A stretch of DNA of 59,642 bases, the filler included. It is 6 parts of 6 records of this genome, joined end to end, with 100 filler letters (N's around TTAATTAATTAA, not from the genome) between each part and the next. Parts side by side here need not be neighbours in the genome. Positions count along the whole stretch, not along the records: positions 41,220 to 53,088 come from SRR31156797_883; positions 53,189 to 59,642 come from SRR31156797_888; 4 more parts are not named here. The stretch is one strand, 5' to 3'. Under the pieces are notes generated by a model, which worked only from the letters and a program-made list of their open reading frames with translations, did not search any database and was not told where the DNA came from. The position numbers were made by a program, and so were the translations under genes. The stretch's first letter is position 1, and each line of letters opens with the position of its first letter. Shown here piece by piece: positions 49,546 to 59,625 of this stretch.

Positions 49546-51616
49546 TACCAGTTTTTTCTATTTCGTTAAACAATTGAGAAGAATCGCATTTTGAAATTGT
49601 TGATTTGCCTTCTTTATTTTGGATAATAAAAGTCAATGCTGTGTTTGGTAACAGCATAGTATATTCTTTTTCCGTTAGTTCTTTCTCAAGAAGCGGAAAC
49701 AAAATGACTTGTTTAGATATTGAAGGATAAAATTCTGTAATAATATTTTTTGAATGACGCTTATCAAATTTTTGCAGAGGGCTATCAATGAATATTGGAA
49801 ATTGAATCCCAGATTCGTCAACTAATGATTTTAGTAAGGCTGTTGCATAAAGCTGTTGTTCTCCTTTTGATAAAGTTTCCTTTTCTATCAAATTGCCATT
49901 TTTGTCAAGTAAATGAATATCAATAATGTCTTCAGTTATTTCAACTAACACATCAGCAATAAAGTCTTCTTTATGCATTAGTCTTAATAATTCCTTTTTG
50001 ATACGTTTTTGTAATGAATGTTTCTTTTCTGATTTGAATTTCAAAATAAATTCAGAAAGCTCATCAATCAATCGACTTGTTACTTTATCTTTCTTATCAT
50101 CCATTTCATCCAGACTAACTGTTTTGGTTAATTCAGAAATCATTTTTGATTTTGTAGCCAGTTCTTGCTGATAAGCACCAATTTCCTCATGCAACTTATT
50201 TTGTTCTGAGATTAAATCAGTAATTCTACTATCAATTTTTGCTTTTTCAGATTTGTATTTTTTTGCTAGAATGTCAGAATCTTTTGATTCAGCATTAGCA
50301 ATTTTTTTCATTGTTTTAGCTAAGAAAATTCTATTATTTCTTTCTTCTTTGACTATCTGTTTGAATAGTATACTATATGAATGTTTCAAATTCTCATATA
50401 AGGATAGAAATTCATTCGATTGTTCTGATGTTAAGTCTAATAATATTTTGTCAATTCCAGTTTTTTGTCCTTCAAAATCTGAATGAAATGCCTCTGATAA
50501 GATGTTCGAAACGTCTTTTTTTATCATATCAGGAATTTTTTTAGCTTCTAGTTGTTTTTCAACAATACTATTTATCTTAATAAATCTCTGAATTATGAAA
50601 TCATTATCAATCTGTTTTTGTTTATTTTGAAGTTCTGCATTTACCTGCTGTTGAAGTTTCTTTGTCTTATTTCCTGCTATTGCAAATGGCGCAAGTTCTA
50701 ATAATTCTTTAAGTTTTGCTTTTACCTCAATACCTTGTTGTTTAAGTGTATCCCTCAATTTTTTTTGTCGAATTAAGTCGTCAACGGTCATACTGTTGCC
50801 TTCTCGAATTAATTTTTCTTGGTAATGTTCAGACTGATTCCTTGCTCTTTCGATCTCTCCACTATTAGTTGTAATTTTAGATTCATTATGAGCAATTAAT
50901 TTTTCTAGTTTAACTACTTCCTCTTGTAATTTATTTAGCTTGTTTCTATCAGTAAGGCTTGCTGACTTCTTCCTTAACTTAATTCTTAGATTTTCTAAAT
51001 TCCGTTTTAGGCTCTCATATTTGCTGATGCCTAATACTTCTGAATATGCTTTGCTTAAATTTCGCTTTTCATGTGTTGTTTTTATCTCAGCAAGTGAAAC
51101 AATTTTTTCAGCATCGAACAAAAAGAATTTAGCTATTTCTCTTGGTAAAATAAAGTCATTTATAAAAATATCAGAACCAACCTCTTTTGTGAGTTCATTC
51201 TCAAACCCATCAATTAAAATACTCGATTTTTCTTTTTCTTCATCTATGTTATATTCTCTTTTTATAATAATCTTTCGACAAGGAACTGATGGGATATAAA
51301 TATCTGATATTTCAATCTCAACACTAAATTCTTTTATTGCTTGGTCATTTGTTTTTACTTCTCTATTTAAAATTGAGTTTACGTATCTTTTATATCCTCC
51401 TGATTCGGAAATTTCCCTTTTGTATTTTTCATCTACTTCGGAAATGAGTTTCCCATAAAATCCCCAAACCAGTGCAGTTAGAAAAGTTGTTTTTCCAAAA
51501 CCATTTTGACCTGCAATGATTGTAATGTTTTTATTATCATAATCAGCGTTGAGAGCCAAATTATTTTGACCTTTGTAAATTCTGAAATTATTTAAAGATA
51601 TCCGATTAATCTTCAT
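49529..51616 (-). CDS. dndD: DNA sulfur modification protein DndD (SMC-like ATPase)
   Basis: NFRIYKG, GQNGFGKTT, FFLFDAEKI, LSKGEQQ, FIDSPLQKFD; start at ATG 51616. Confidence 0.95.
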   Translation of the reverse strand: MKINRISLNNFRIYKGQNNLALNADYDNKNITIIAGQNGFGKTTFLTALVWGFYGKLISEVDEKYKREISESGGYKRYVNSILNREVKTNDQAIKEFSVEIEISDIYIPSVPCRKIIIKREYNIDEEKEKSSILIDGFENELTKEVGSDIFINDFILPREIAKFFLFDAEKIVSLAEIKTTHEKRNLSKAYSEVLGISKYESLKRNLENLRIKLRKKSASLTDRNKLNKLQEEVVKLEKLIAHNESKITTNSGEIERARNQSEHYQEKLIREGNSMTVDDLIRQKKLRDTLKQQGIEVKAKLKELLELAPFAIAGNKTKKLQQQVNAELQNKQKQIDNDFIIQRFIKINSIVEKQLEAKKIPDMIKKDVSNILSEAFHSDFEGQKTGIDKILLDLTSEQSNEFLSLYENLKHSYSILFKQIVKEERNNRIFLAKTMKKIANAESKDSDILAKKYKSEKAKIDSRITDLISEQNKLHEEIGAYQQELATKSKMISELTKTVSLDEMDDKKDKVTSRLIDELSEFILKFKSEKKHSLQKRIKKELLRLMHKEDFIADVLVEITEDIIDIHLLDKNGNLIEKETLSKGEQQLYATALLKSLVDESGIQFPIFIDSPLQKFDKRHSKNIITEFYPSISKQVILFPLLEKELTEKEYTMLLPNTALTFIIQNKEGKSTISKCDSSQLFNEIEKTGNVHTH

Positions 51617-52967
51617 TTTCAACCTCCTTTTTAACAAAATCTTCAATCCTTTTTTCAATATCGTTTTGCAAACCGTAGCTTGTCAATAACAATGTTTTGC
51701 TGTGTTGAAGCGTAAGCAAATTGTTTATTAACTCATAGTCGGTTCTATTATTAGAGCAAACTGATTTTAAAAGTCGTTTTTCAATTGAGTTCTCAATATT
51801 TGCATTTTCTGTTTCAATATCTCTACCATAGATTTTTGCAAATATTTCACCCACTTTAAAATCGAATATTCCATCTCGATACCAGTAAACTTGTATTGCA
51901 ATTAGCTCTTGATTAGTAATTAATTCAGTTAATGGTTTTGTTTTTTGTATTTCTTTTTGAAGTTCAAGCAATTCTCTCAATTTTCTAGCTCTGTAGTGAG
52001 GTTCGTAGCTTCCTTGCCTATGTCCGTCTTCAGTAACAGCTCTTGTCCCATCTCGCCTCTTATCCATTCTGTTTTCAGAAATATTCCTTTCTTTTTCAAG
52101 GTTATCTCTAAAATTCAAAAGTGGGTCCATCCAATCTTCACCGTTCTTTATAAGAGCAGACATCGATTTATCTTCTTTAACTACAGTACACGTCCAGCAT
52201 CCAAACCGGCTTTGTCCACAAGAAGTATGGCTTTTATCTGTTACAACTGTAGGGCATTCATAATCGTCAGCACTGGCATTGGCATAAATTTGAAATAATT
52301 TTGAATTGTCATAATTCCAAGGTGAAGGTAAAGCATTAATGATGTACCAGATTTCTTCCAACATTAAGTCTTTAATAGGAGAATAAACAAGTGTATTATG
52401 ATGATTTGGATGCTTTGTTAAACGTTTTCCTTTAATTTCATATTTTTTAATAGAACGTGCTCTATTTGCACTTTCTGAACTTCTGGCACCAATTAAAATT
52501 ATTGCTTCTCCTTTTTCATCTACTTGTTCAGTAATAAATGATGATGTTGGTCTTATTTTCAATTTATCAGTACACCAACGAAATGAATTATTTGGTACTG
52601 GGTATCCTTTACCAAGTACATTTACCCAAAATGTTTCTTCAATTTTAGGTATTGTTTTTTCAACAAAAATTGGTAAATCTTGATCTCTGGCTTCCTTAGC
52701 TATTTTAGATAAAACATCATCAACATACTCTGAAATTATTGGATTTTCAACCATCGTATCATTGCAAACTACATAAACCTTTCTTCGCAATTGAAAGGGG
52801 AAAGGCATCTCTTTTTTAATTTTCTCTAATGCTTTCCAAACTAAGGTAAGTAAAACTGTTGAATCTTTTCCCCCGCTGAATCCAATAATCCAAGGCCTTT
52901 CACTTTTATCTCCATATGTATACTGGTCAACAAGTTCGTCAATAATATTTTCTATCCGTTTGTTCAT
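51606..52967 (-). CDS. dndC: DNA phosphorothioation sulfurtransferase DndC
   Basis: PWIIGFSGGKDS PP-loop, DTMVENP, FRWCTDKLKI, CGQSRFGCWTCTVV. Confidence 0.96.
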   Translation of the reverse strand: MNKRIENIIDELVDQYTYGDKSERPWIIGFSGGKDSTVLLTLVWKALEKIKKEMPFPFQLRRKVYVVCNDTMVENPIISEYVDDVLSKIAKEARDQDLPIFVEKTIPKIEETFWVNVLGKGYPVPNNSFRWCTDKLKIRPTSSFITEQVDEKGEAIILIGARSSESANRARSIKKYEIKGKRLTKHPNHHNTLVYSPIKDLMLEEIWYIINALPSPWNYDNSKLFQIYANASADDYECPTVVTDKSHTSCGQSRFGCWTCTVVKEDKSMSALIKNGEDWMDPLLNFRDNLEKERNISENRMDKRRDGTRAVTEDGHRQGSYEPHYRARKLRELLELQKEIQKTKPLTELITNQELIAIQVYWYRDGIFDFKVGEIFAKIYGRDIETENANIENSIEKRLLKSVCSNNRTDYELINNLLTLQHSKTLLLTSYGLQNDIEKRIEDFVKKEVENED

Positions 52968-53024
52968 TTTATTTTATTTGATGTGCAACAAAAATAATCA
53001 ATTTCGGCGTTCCGCATTGGCAAA

Positions 53025-53087
53025 ATTGCACTCATTTGCAAATTTTGGTCTGTGTATGAGCCTGTGCGATTTGCAAATGTGTGCAAT
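53025..53087. repeat. 19-bp inverted repeat upstream of dndC
   Basis: ATTGCACTCATTTGCAAAT ... ATTTGCAAATGTGTGCAAT, one mismatch, 25-nt spacer. Confidence 0.75.
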
Positions 53088-53088
53088 G

Positions 53089-53188
53089 NNNNNNNNNNNN
53101 NNNNNNNNNNNNNNNNNNNNNNNNNNNNNNNNTTAATTAATTAANNNNNNNNNNNNNNNNNNNNNNNNNNNNNNNNNNNNNNNNNNNN
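53089..53188. other. Artificial contig linker
   Basis: Same linker. Confidence 0.98.
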
Positions 53189-53190
53189 CC

Positions 53191-54273
53191 TTACTTAAAA
53201 CACTTGAAGAACCTCCTGCTCATGTACTTTTTATCCTTGCGACTACAGAGCCGGATAAAATTCTGGATACAATTATATCAAGATGTCAGAGATATGATTT
53301 TTTACCAATTTCAAGTGATGATTCTATTAAGAGATTACAAGTAATTTCAGATAGTGAAAATTTATCAATAGATCAAGAGAGTTTGCAGCTTATTTATGAA
53401 AAATCGGGCGGTAGTATGAGAGATGCTATCTCTATTTTAGAGAAAGTAGCATCAACATACTTTGAAGAAGATATAAATCTTGATAAAACAGAGAAAGCGC
53501 TTGGAGTAATTCCTAAAAATAAAATTATTGAATTCTTTGAAATTATGAAAGAAAATAGTGTAACTGAGGGAGTTACTTTCCTGGATGAACTGTGGGAATA
53601 CGGAATCAATGTTGAAGAGTTTTTTAGAGATTTTGCATATTATCTTAAAGATATGATGATAAAAGGTGAAGGCGGAATCAGCTTATCAAAATGTGTAGAA
53701 ACTATTGAAATAATCTTTGAAGTTATTAATAAATTTAAATATGAAGAAGATAAAAGACTTTTGGGTTATATAATTTTATATAAAATAACAGAGATAAAAA
53801 TTGAAGCTGTACAGACAAAAACTGTATATATTGAAAAACCGGTTCCTGTTCAACAAAACGTAATAGCAGAAGCTCCTGCGGCGCCAATATCTGCACAGCC
53901 AGTGCAAGCAGCTGTAGAACCCGGAGCACCAGTTACAGATATGCAGTCTATTATGGCTATATGGGAAGATGTATTGAATGAAGCCTACGCAGTTAAGGCA
54001 CCTCTTAAAGCATTTATGATGTATGCAAAACCTAAAAACATAGAAGGGAATATTTTAACTGTAATTTTCCCTGATGATTTTAGATATCATAAAGATATGA
54101 TGGAGAAATCAAACTATGGTGGAGTGATAGAGGAGATTTTACAAGAGAAAACAAAATTAAATATAAAAATTAGATATGATGTTAATATGGGTAAACAAAT
54201 TGAGAGTGAGAGCGGTCAGGAAGAAGACTTTGTAGACAAAATTGTTAATTTTTTTGATGGTGAAATTATTTAA
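53191..54273 (+). CDS. dnaX: DNA polymerase III subunit gamma/tau (5' truncated)
   Basis: In frame from the edge: LLKTLEEPP, FILATTE, SRCQ, GSMRDA. Confidence 0.95.
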   Translation, partial: LLKTLEEPPAHVLFILATTEPDKILDTIISRCQRYDFLPISSDDSIKRLQVISDSENLSIDQESLQLIYEKSGGSMRDAISILEKVASTYFEEDINLDKTEKALGVIPKNKIIEFFEIMKENSVTEGVTFLDELWEYGINVEEFFRDFAYYLKDMMIKGEGGISLSKCVETIEIIFEVINKFKYEEDKRLLGYIILYKITEIKIEAVQTKTVYIEKPVPVQQNVIAEAPAAPISAQPVQAAVEPGAPVTDMQSIMAIWEDVLNEAYAVKAPLKAFMMYAKPKNIEGNILTVIFPDDFRYHKDMMEKSNYGGVIEEILQEKTKLNIKIRYDVNMGKQIESESGQEEDFVDKIVNFFDGEII

Positions 54274-54287
54274 AGGAGTGGTCAAAA

Positions 54288-55952
54288 GTGTCTATGTATC
54301 ATGAGTATCTTTATATTGAAAAACTGGGAAGAACTATTAGTGAAGAAGAAAAAGTTCAGGCGATTAATGAGCTTGGAAAGCTAAAAAGTGTTAAAGCAAA
54401 AGAGCAATTAACTAAACTGGCGATAGATGATGAAGCTAGTAGAGCAATTAGAAGTAAAAGTATACTGGCACTGACTGAGATTGGTGATAAAGATTTTATT
54501 GAGAAATTAAAGCCATTCAATGAAATAGATGATGATGATATTATTGAATTAATAGTATATTCAATAAAAAAATTAAGCGCTGTAGAGTATTTGGATGAAT
54601 TTAAATCATTTTTAGGATCAGAGAACTTAGAGTTAAAAAAAGATATTTTAGATTGCTTAAATACTATTCACACTGAAGAAGCGATTAAATTAATGATCAA
54701 GTTTTATAATGATAAAACAAAAGGAATCAAAAATATTATTAAACTTTATTTAAAAGATTCTTCATTATTTAAGAGTTATATGGAGAATATGCATGAAGAT
54801 GAACTTTTAAATATTTTAGGTCTTATTCCTGAGGAAAAAGCTGAAATAGCATTAAGTAAATTAATAGATGAAGTAAAAGACGATAAAATCATCAGAGTAA
54901 TTATTTCAAGTATATCTGATTTAAATTTAAAGGATTTTAAAGAAATTATAGAAAAACTATATAGTAAACTGGACTCAAAAGAGATGAAACTATATATGAT
55001 AGAGAGCCTGGAAGAACTTCAAGGGGAATCTAAGAAGCAGTTTTTAATAGAACTTCTTAATAGTGAAGACAGAGATATAAGAGCTAAAGCTCTTAGTGCT
55101 CTTTATAATTTAACCTCTGATGAAGAAGTAATGGAAAAAGTAAAAATGCTTGCATTTATTCCTGATGAATGGTGGTTAATTAAAAAATTTGCTGTAATAA
55201 TGCTTGCAAAATCTGAAACAGAAAGTTATTTGAGAGAATTAACTGCTTTACTCAGCATGGAAGAGGATGAAAGAGTACTGCGAACAATTATTACCGAACT
55301 TGGTAATATAGGAACTAAGGAAACTCAAGAAGATTTGATAACATATCTAGATCATCCTAAAACAGAGCTTAAAAAAGTTGCAATGGAAGCCTTAGCAAAA
55401 TTAGGTTATGAGAAAATACTTGATAGTGCCTTAAAAGAAGCAGTGTTTATAAAAGATGTAAAAGTTGATACCCTAAGAATTTTAGTTAACTTTGAAAATG
55501 AAAAAGTTGCTTCAATTGTTGAAGGTGTATTAAATGAGAGAAGAGATAATAAAGAACTTCTGGAAGTAGCTGTTGCAAGTTTAAAAAGAATAGCAGTTCC
55601 TTTTGAAGCCGTTAAGAATTTGATTCTGGATGAAAGTGTAAAAAGAGAAATAAGAGCTAAGAGTGTTATACATTTAGAAAATTTTCCAAATGAAAATATA
55701 GGATTAATTATTGAAAAAATTCTTAAAAATGAGAATGAATGGTGGATGTTGAGAAAAATGCTTCTTATATTAGCTGAGGATCTTAAAGTTTATAATATAT
55801 TAGATACTGTTTTAAATTATTGTAATAATCTGGATGAAAGATTATCAAAAACTGCAAGAGAAACAGCTAAATCATTTTATAAAAATCTTTTAATTAGTAA
55901 ATTAGAGGGTAAAGATAAAATACTTGCAGAGAAGTATTTGGAAATAATGTAG
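54288..55952 (+). CDS. HEAT-repeat protein
   Basis: Repeated LLNSEDRDIRAKALSAL-type units; internal duplication (EWWLIKK / EWWMLRK); GTG start with AGGAG. Confidence 0.8.
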   Translation: MSMYHEYLYIEKLGRTISEEEKVQAINELGKLKSVKAKEQLTKLAIDDEASRAIRSKSILALTEIGDKDFIEKLKPFNEIDDDDIIELIVYSIKKLSAVEYLDEFKSFLGSENLELKKDILDCLNTIHTEEAIKLMIKFYNDKTKGIKNIIKLYLKDSSLFKSYMENMHEDELLNILGLIPEEKAEIALSKLIDEVKDDKIIRVIISSISDLNLKDFKEIIEKLYSKLDSKEMKLYMIESLEELQGESKKQFLIELLNSEDRDIRAKALSALYNLTSDEEVMEKVKMLAFIPDEWWLIKKFAVIMLAKSETESYLRELTALLSMEEDERVLRTIITELGNIGTKETQEDLITYLDHPKTELKKVAMEALAKLGYEKILDSALKEAVFIKDVKVDTLRILVNFENEKVASIVEGVLNERRDNKELLEVAVASLKRIAVPFEAVKNLILDESVKREIRAKSVIHLENFPNENIGLIIEKILKNENEWWMLRKMLLILAEDLKVYNILDTVLNYCNNLDERLSKTARETAKSFYKNLLISKLEGKDKILAEKYLEIM

Positions 55953-55999
55953 ACTTATTACGAAACTGATGTTGCATAATGGAAAAGGAAGGGTTAATT

Positions 56000-57589
56000 A
56001 TGGAGAATAGCCTTGAATTAGAAAATCTAAAAAAGGAATATCAAGAACTGAAAACTAAATATTCCGAACGAAGTTTTAAAATAATGGCAATTAACCAATT
56101 AACGTCTACACTTGCGATGGAAAAAGATGTGGAAAGCCTGAAGCATATTATTAGTGATATGTTTTTTGAAGTAAATTTAGTTAGAAAAGCAGCTGCGTTT
56201 GAGGTTCGATCTGATTCGGCCCTGATGATAAATGAAAAAGATTGTAATCTTACAGTTGATGGAATATCAATTGAATCAAGATCAAAAGAATTTAAATATT
56301 TGTTAGAGAATAAAGTAGTTCCAATCAAAGACTTGAAAAATAAAGATTATTTACCTGAAATTTTTGATCAATTTCGCAATGGTTATTGCATAACCTTTGA
56401 TGTTTCCGGAGAAAAAGATAGTGATTTATTTATTATTGTAATTGGGGACAAGGCGCTTGGAAAATACAGTGAAGTAGATGATGAGTTTCTTGAAACTATC
56501 TCAGGACAAATAAGACTTATTTTAGAGAATGCAATTTACAATAATATGGTTGAGCAAAAAAATAAGGAACTTAATGAAACTATATTTAATCTACAGGTTT
56601 TAAATTATTCTTCGAATCTTCTAAATACAACGCTTGAAATTACAGACCTTCTGAAATATACAGCGGATATTTTCTTTGAAATATATAATGTAGATAAATT
56701 CATGATCTTTAACTTTACTGAGGAGAAAAATGCTTTTAGTATCTACTCGAGTACCGGATATGAATTTGATAATGAGGACATAGAGATATCAGTAAATGAA
56801 ATATATAAATTTAGATTGTTATCTAATTCTGAAATTCAGCGATGTCGTGATATGAGAAATGATTATATACTTGATACAATGAAGCGCACTATTGATTTAG
56901 ATGAAGATACTTATTTGCTGCCCTTTGTATCACAGCATAGTATAGTTGGAGCGGCAATTGTACATACGAAAAAACAGATAACGAAAGAGTTTTATAATAC
57001 GCTTAAAATACAAATAACAACAGCCATGAATAATGCTAAACTTTATGCTGCTGCAATAACTGATGGTTTGACACAAGTATATAATCACATGTATTTTAAA
57101 CGAAAATTAAAAGCAGAGATGTTTAGGCACCTGAATACATCTGTTATACTGCTTGATATAGATCACTTTAAGAAATTTAATGATAAATACGGTCATACAA
57201 CGGGAGACGAAGTACTTCGTGAAGTATCAGCAATTCTTAAAAAAGGTGTTAGAAAAAATGATCTTGTGGCAAGATATGGAGGAGAGGAGTTCGCAATATT
57301 ATTGCCTGACACGAAACTTCATGATGCAGAATCACTTGCCGAAAGACTGCGTATTATGATTGAAGAAAATATTGTTGATTATAAGAATGAAAAGTTAAGA
57401 ATTACTTCTAGTTTTGGAGTAGGTGAATATAATAAATCAGAGCTGTTAACATTAAATGGATTTGTTGATACAGTAGATAAAGCGCTTTATAAATCAAAAG
57501 AAACAGGTAGAAATAAGGTTTCGGTTTATAGGTCGTTAAAGAAAAAAGAGAAAGTAACTATTCATCAGAAGGAGCACGAAAATGAATAA
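56000..57589 (+). CDS. Tandem GAF-like domain diguanylate cyclase
   Basis: Two similar GAF-type repeats ending ENA/NNA; DGLT, DIDHFK, RKND I-site, RYGGEEF. Confidence 0.9.
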   Translation: MENSLELENLKKEYQELKTKYSERSFKIMAINQLTSTLAMEKDVESLKHIISDMFFEVNLVRKAAAFEVRSDSALMINEKDCNLTVDGISIESRSKEFKYLLENKVVPIKDLKNKDYLPEIFDQFRNGYCITFDVSGEKDSDLFIIVIGDKALGKYSEVDDEFLETISGQIRLILENAIYNNMVEQKNKELNETIFNLQVLNYSSNLLNTTLEITDLLKYTADIFFEIYNVDKFMIFNFTEEKNAFSIYSSTGYEFDNEDIEISVNEIYKFRLLSNSEIQRCRDMRNDYILDTMKRTIDLDEDTYLLPFVSQHSIVGAAIVHTKKQITKEFYNTLKIQITTAMNNAKLYAAAITDGLTQVYNHMYFKRKLKAEMFRHLNTSVILLDIDHFKKFNDKYGHTTGDEVLREVSAILKKGVRKNDLVARYGGEEFAILLPDTKLHDAESLAERLRIMIEENIVDYKNEKLRITSSFGVGEYNKSELLTLNGFVDTVDKALYKSKETGRNKVSVYRSLKKKEKVTIHQKEHENE

Positions 57590-58667
57590 AATTACTGACA
57601 AAAAAGAAGAAGATATTTTAAGTCATATAATTGAACTGGTAAGATTGTCTTCTCAAGAAAATTCTGAACTTTTAAAAGCTAGATATATTCAGAATATGTT
57701 TTACGAAATTGGATATAAAGACACTTATATGGATTGTTCAGGAAATGTTATAGCTAAATTAGAAAAAGAGTCTTCGAGAAAATCAATTGTGATTTGCGCG
57801 AATCTTGATAGTGAAAAAGTTCAAGGAGATGTTTCTTTAACTTTTAAAAATATGGTTGGAGAAGGTGTCGGTGAAGCCGGAGTAAGTCTCTATTCCCTTA
57901 TATTTTTAGCTGAATTATTAAAAGAACATTACTTAGAGAAATCGATATACTTTGTAGCTACTTCCGGATCAAAACAAGGAAATAAAGGCCTGAAAGGTTT
58001 TCTTGATAGAGTGAAAACCAAACCTGAAGCTTTAGTAAATATTGAAGGTTTAGGACTTGGAGAAGTAAATAAAAAAAATGTTAATATGGTAAGATATTCA
58101 ATTGAGTATAAAGGAGCCGGAGGGCATGCCTGGAAAGATATCGGAGGAGGAAATCCAATATTTGCTATGTCAGGGACAATATGCCAATTAAAAGAGCTGG
58201 TAAAAGATGATAAGATAGTTCTTAACATAGCTTCCGTAAATGCTAATTCTCCGTTTGATATGATACCTGTTAACTCTAAATTAGTAATCGATATAAGAGG
58301 GTTTGATATTGAAAAATTAGAGATGACCTCTGAGAAGATAAAAAAAATAGCCACTGCATGTGCAGCAAGTGAAGAGGTTGAAATAGAGATAGAAGAAGTA
58401 TTAAGAATAGTAGATGACTTCCCAATGAGAGAGAGTAAATTGGAAAAAGTATTTTTGGAAATGAATAAATTCTTAAATATTTCAACTTATTCCAGCTCAT
58501 CATGCTTTGAAATAGCCCCGGCTCTCGCCAAAGAAATTGATGCAGTTTCAGTAGGAGTTGCAAATGGAGGAAGAATAGGTACTGTTGAAGAGTATGCAGT
58601 GATAAGCTCTATTTACAAGGGAATGGATCAGCTGTATAAATCAGTTTTAAAATATGACAAAGAGTAA
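57582..58667 (+). CDS. M20/M28-fold peptidase homologue, metal ligands degenerate
   Basis: GNVIA, GAGGHAW dimerisation domain, IDIRG; ANLD, SK and GGRIG replace the usual AHxD, EE and C-terminal H. Confidence 0.75.
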   Translation: MNKITDKKEEDILSHIIELVRLSSQENSELLKARYIQNMFYEIGYKDTYMDCSGNVIAKLEKESSRKSIVICANLDSEKVQGDVSLTFKNMVGEGVGEAGVSLYSLIFLAELLKEHYLEKSIYFVATSGSKQGNKGLKGFLDRVKTKPEALVNIEGLGLGEVNKKNVNMVRYSIEYKGAGGHAWKDIGGGNPIFAMSGTICQLKELVKDDKIVLNIASVNANSPFDMIPVNSKLVIDIRGFDIEKLEMTSEKIKKIATACAASEEVEIEIEEVLRIVDDFPMRESKLEKVFLEMNKFLNISTYSSSSCFEIAPALAKEIDAVSVGVANGGRIGTVEEYAVISSIYKGMDQLYKSVLKYDKE

Positions 58668-58732
58668 TTTGAACAGTAGAAAATTATATAAGAGAGAAGT
58701 TTGAGAAAGTAACTTAAGAAAGTAGGAAACAA

Positions 58733-59554
58733 ATGATTTTAAGTATTTTATTGGCAGTAGTATTCTTTTATACAGGAATGTTTTTATCATTAGCAGGATT
58801 TTTATTCCCTGTACATATGATAAGAGTTATGGTGCAAAAAAATAAAAAAGAGTCAGCTATTGTTCATTTAATAGTTTATCTGATATTGTTATTGGCAACA
58901 TTATCAATGGGTGAGGACAAAATTTTGATGATGATATTCATAGGGGTTTATGCTATAATAGAACTAATATACTTCGTATTTAAGAAATTAAACTGGCTGG
59001 GGACATTTGATAAAATGTTTATAACTAGTTTAGTTGCATTAGCTTTTATTTTATTAGTATATTTTCTAAATATCGAGTTGTTTAAAGGGTACTTGGAGAT
59101 AATCAAAGTATTTAATAAAGAGCAATTACAGTTACCTGATGATTTTTTAGTTGTTTATAATAAGACAATATTGGAACAAAGTATTTATATACTATTTACT
59201 TATCTGTTTATAATTACAGGAGTAATATATATGTATTTTGACAGGAAGAATATATTAAAATGGGAGATGTCTTATCTGTATTTAATTCCATATATAACAG
59301 CGGTTGTTATGCAGGATATCTTCAAAATTGATAATGTTTATTTGAATAATTTGGTATTATCATTAAGATTTGTATATATAGCTTATGGTGTTAAAGTTGC
59401 ATTTATTTATTTAAGAAAAAAAGTCAGATATAATGTGTTAACAACAATAATAGTAGTTGTTATAACGAGAGCATTTCCAATAGCTACGTTTGTAGTGGGA
59501 GCGATAAGAAGTTTCGACCTAAAACTTAGTTTAGGTAAAGCAAGTAGTAATTAG
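58733..59554 (+). CDS. YybS/DUF2232-like membrane protein
   Basis: Multi-TM protein immediately upstream of rplI, the usual YybS position. Confidence 0.6.
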   Translation: MILSILLAVVFFYTGMFLSLAGFLFPVHMIRVMVQKNKKESAIVHLIVYLILLLATLSMGEDKILMMIFIGVYAIIELIYFVFKKLNWLGTFDKMFITSLVALAFILLVYFLNIELFKGYLEIIKVFNKEQLQLPDDFLVVYNKTILEQSIYILFTYLFIITGVIYMYFDRKNILKWEMSYLYLIPYITAVVMQDIFKIDNVYLNNLVLSLRFVYIAYGVKVAFIYLRKKVRYNVLTTIIVVVITRAFPIATFVVGAIRSFDLKLSLGKASSN

Positions 59555-59625
59555 TTATTAATTAAAATATAAATTAGGAAATTAATTCAAATGCTAGATT
59601 TGAATGCTGGGAGGAGAAGATAGAT

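Noticed and set aside
41972-53088. Integrase, transposase or tRNA attachment site for the defence island
   Set aside because: None visible within the contig; mobility remains unproven
53191-54273. Programmed frameshift site in dnaX
   Set aside because: No A-AAA-AAG heptamer or long A-run seen in the visible part
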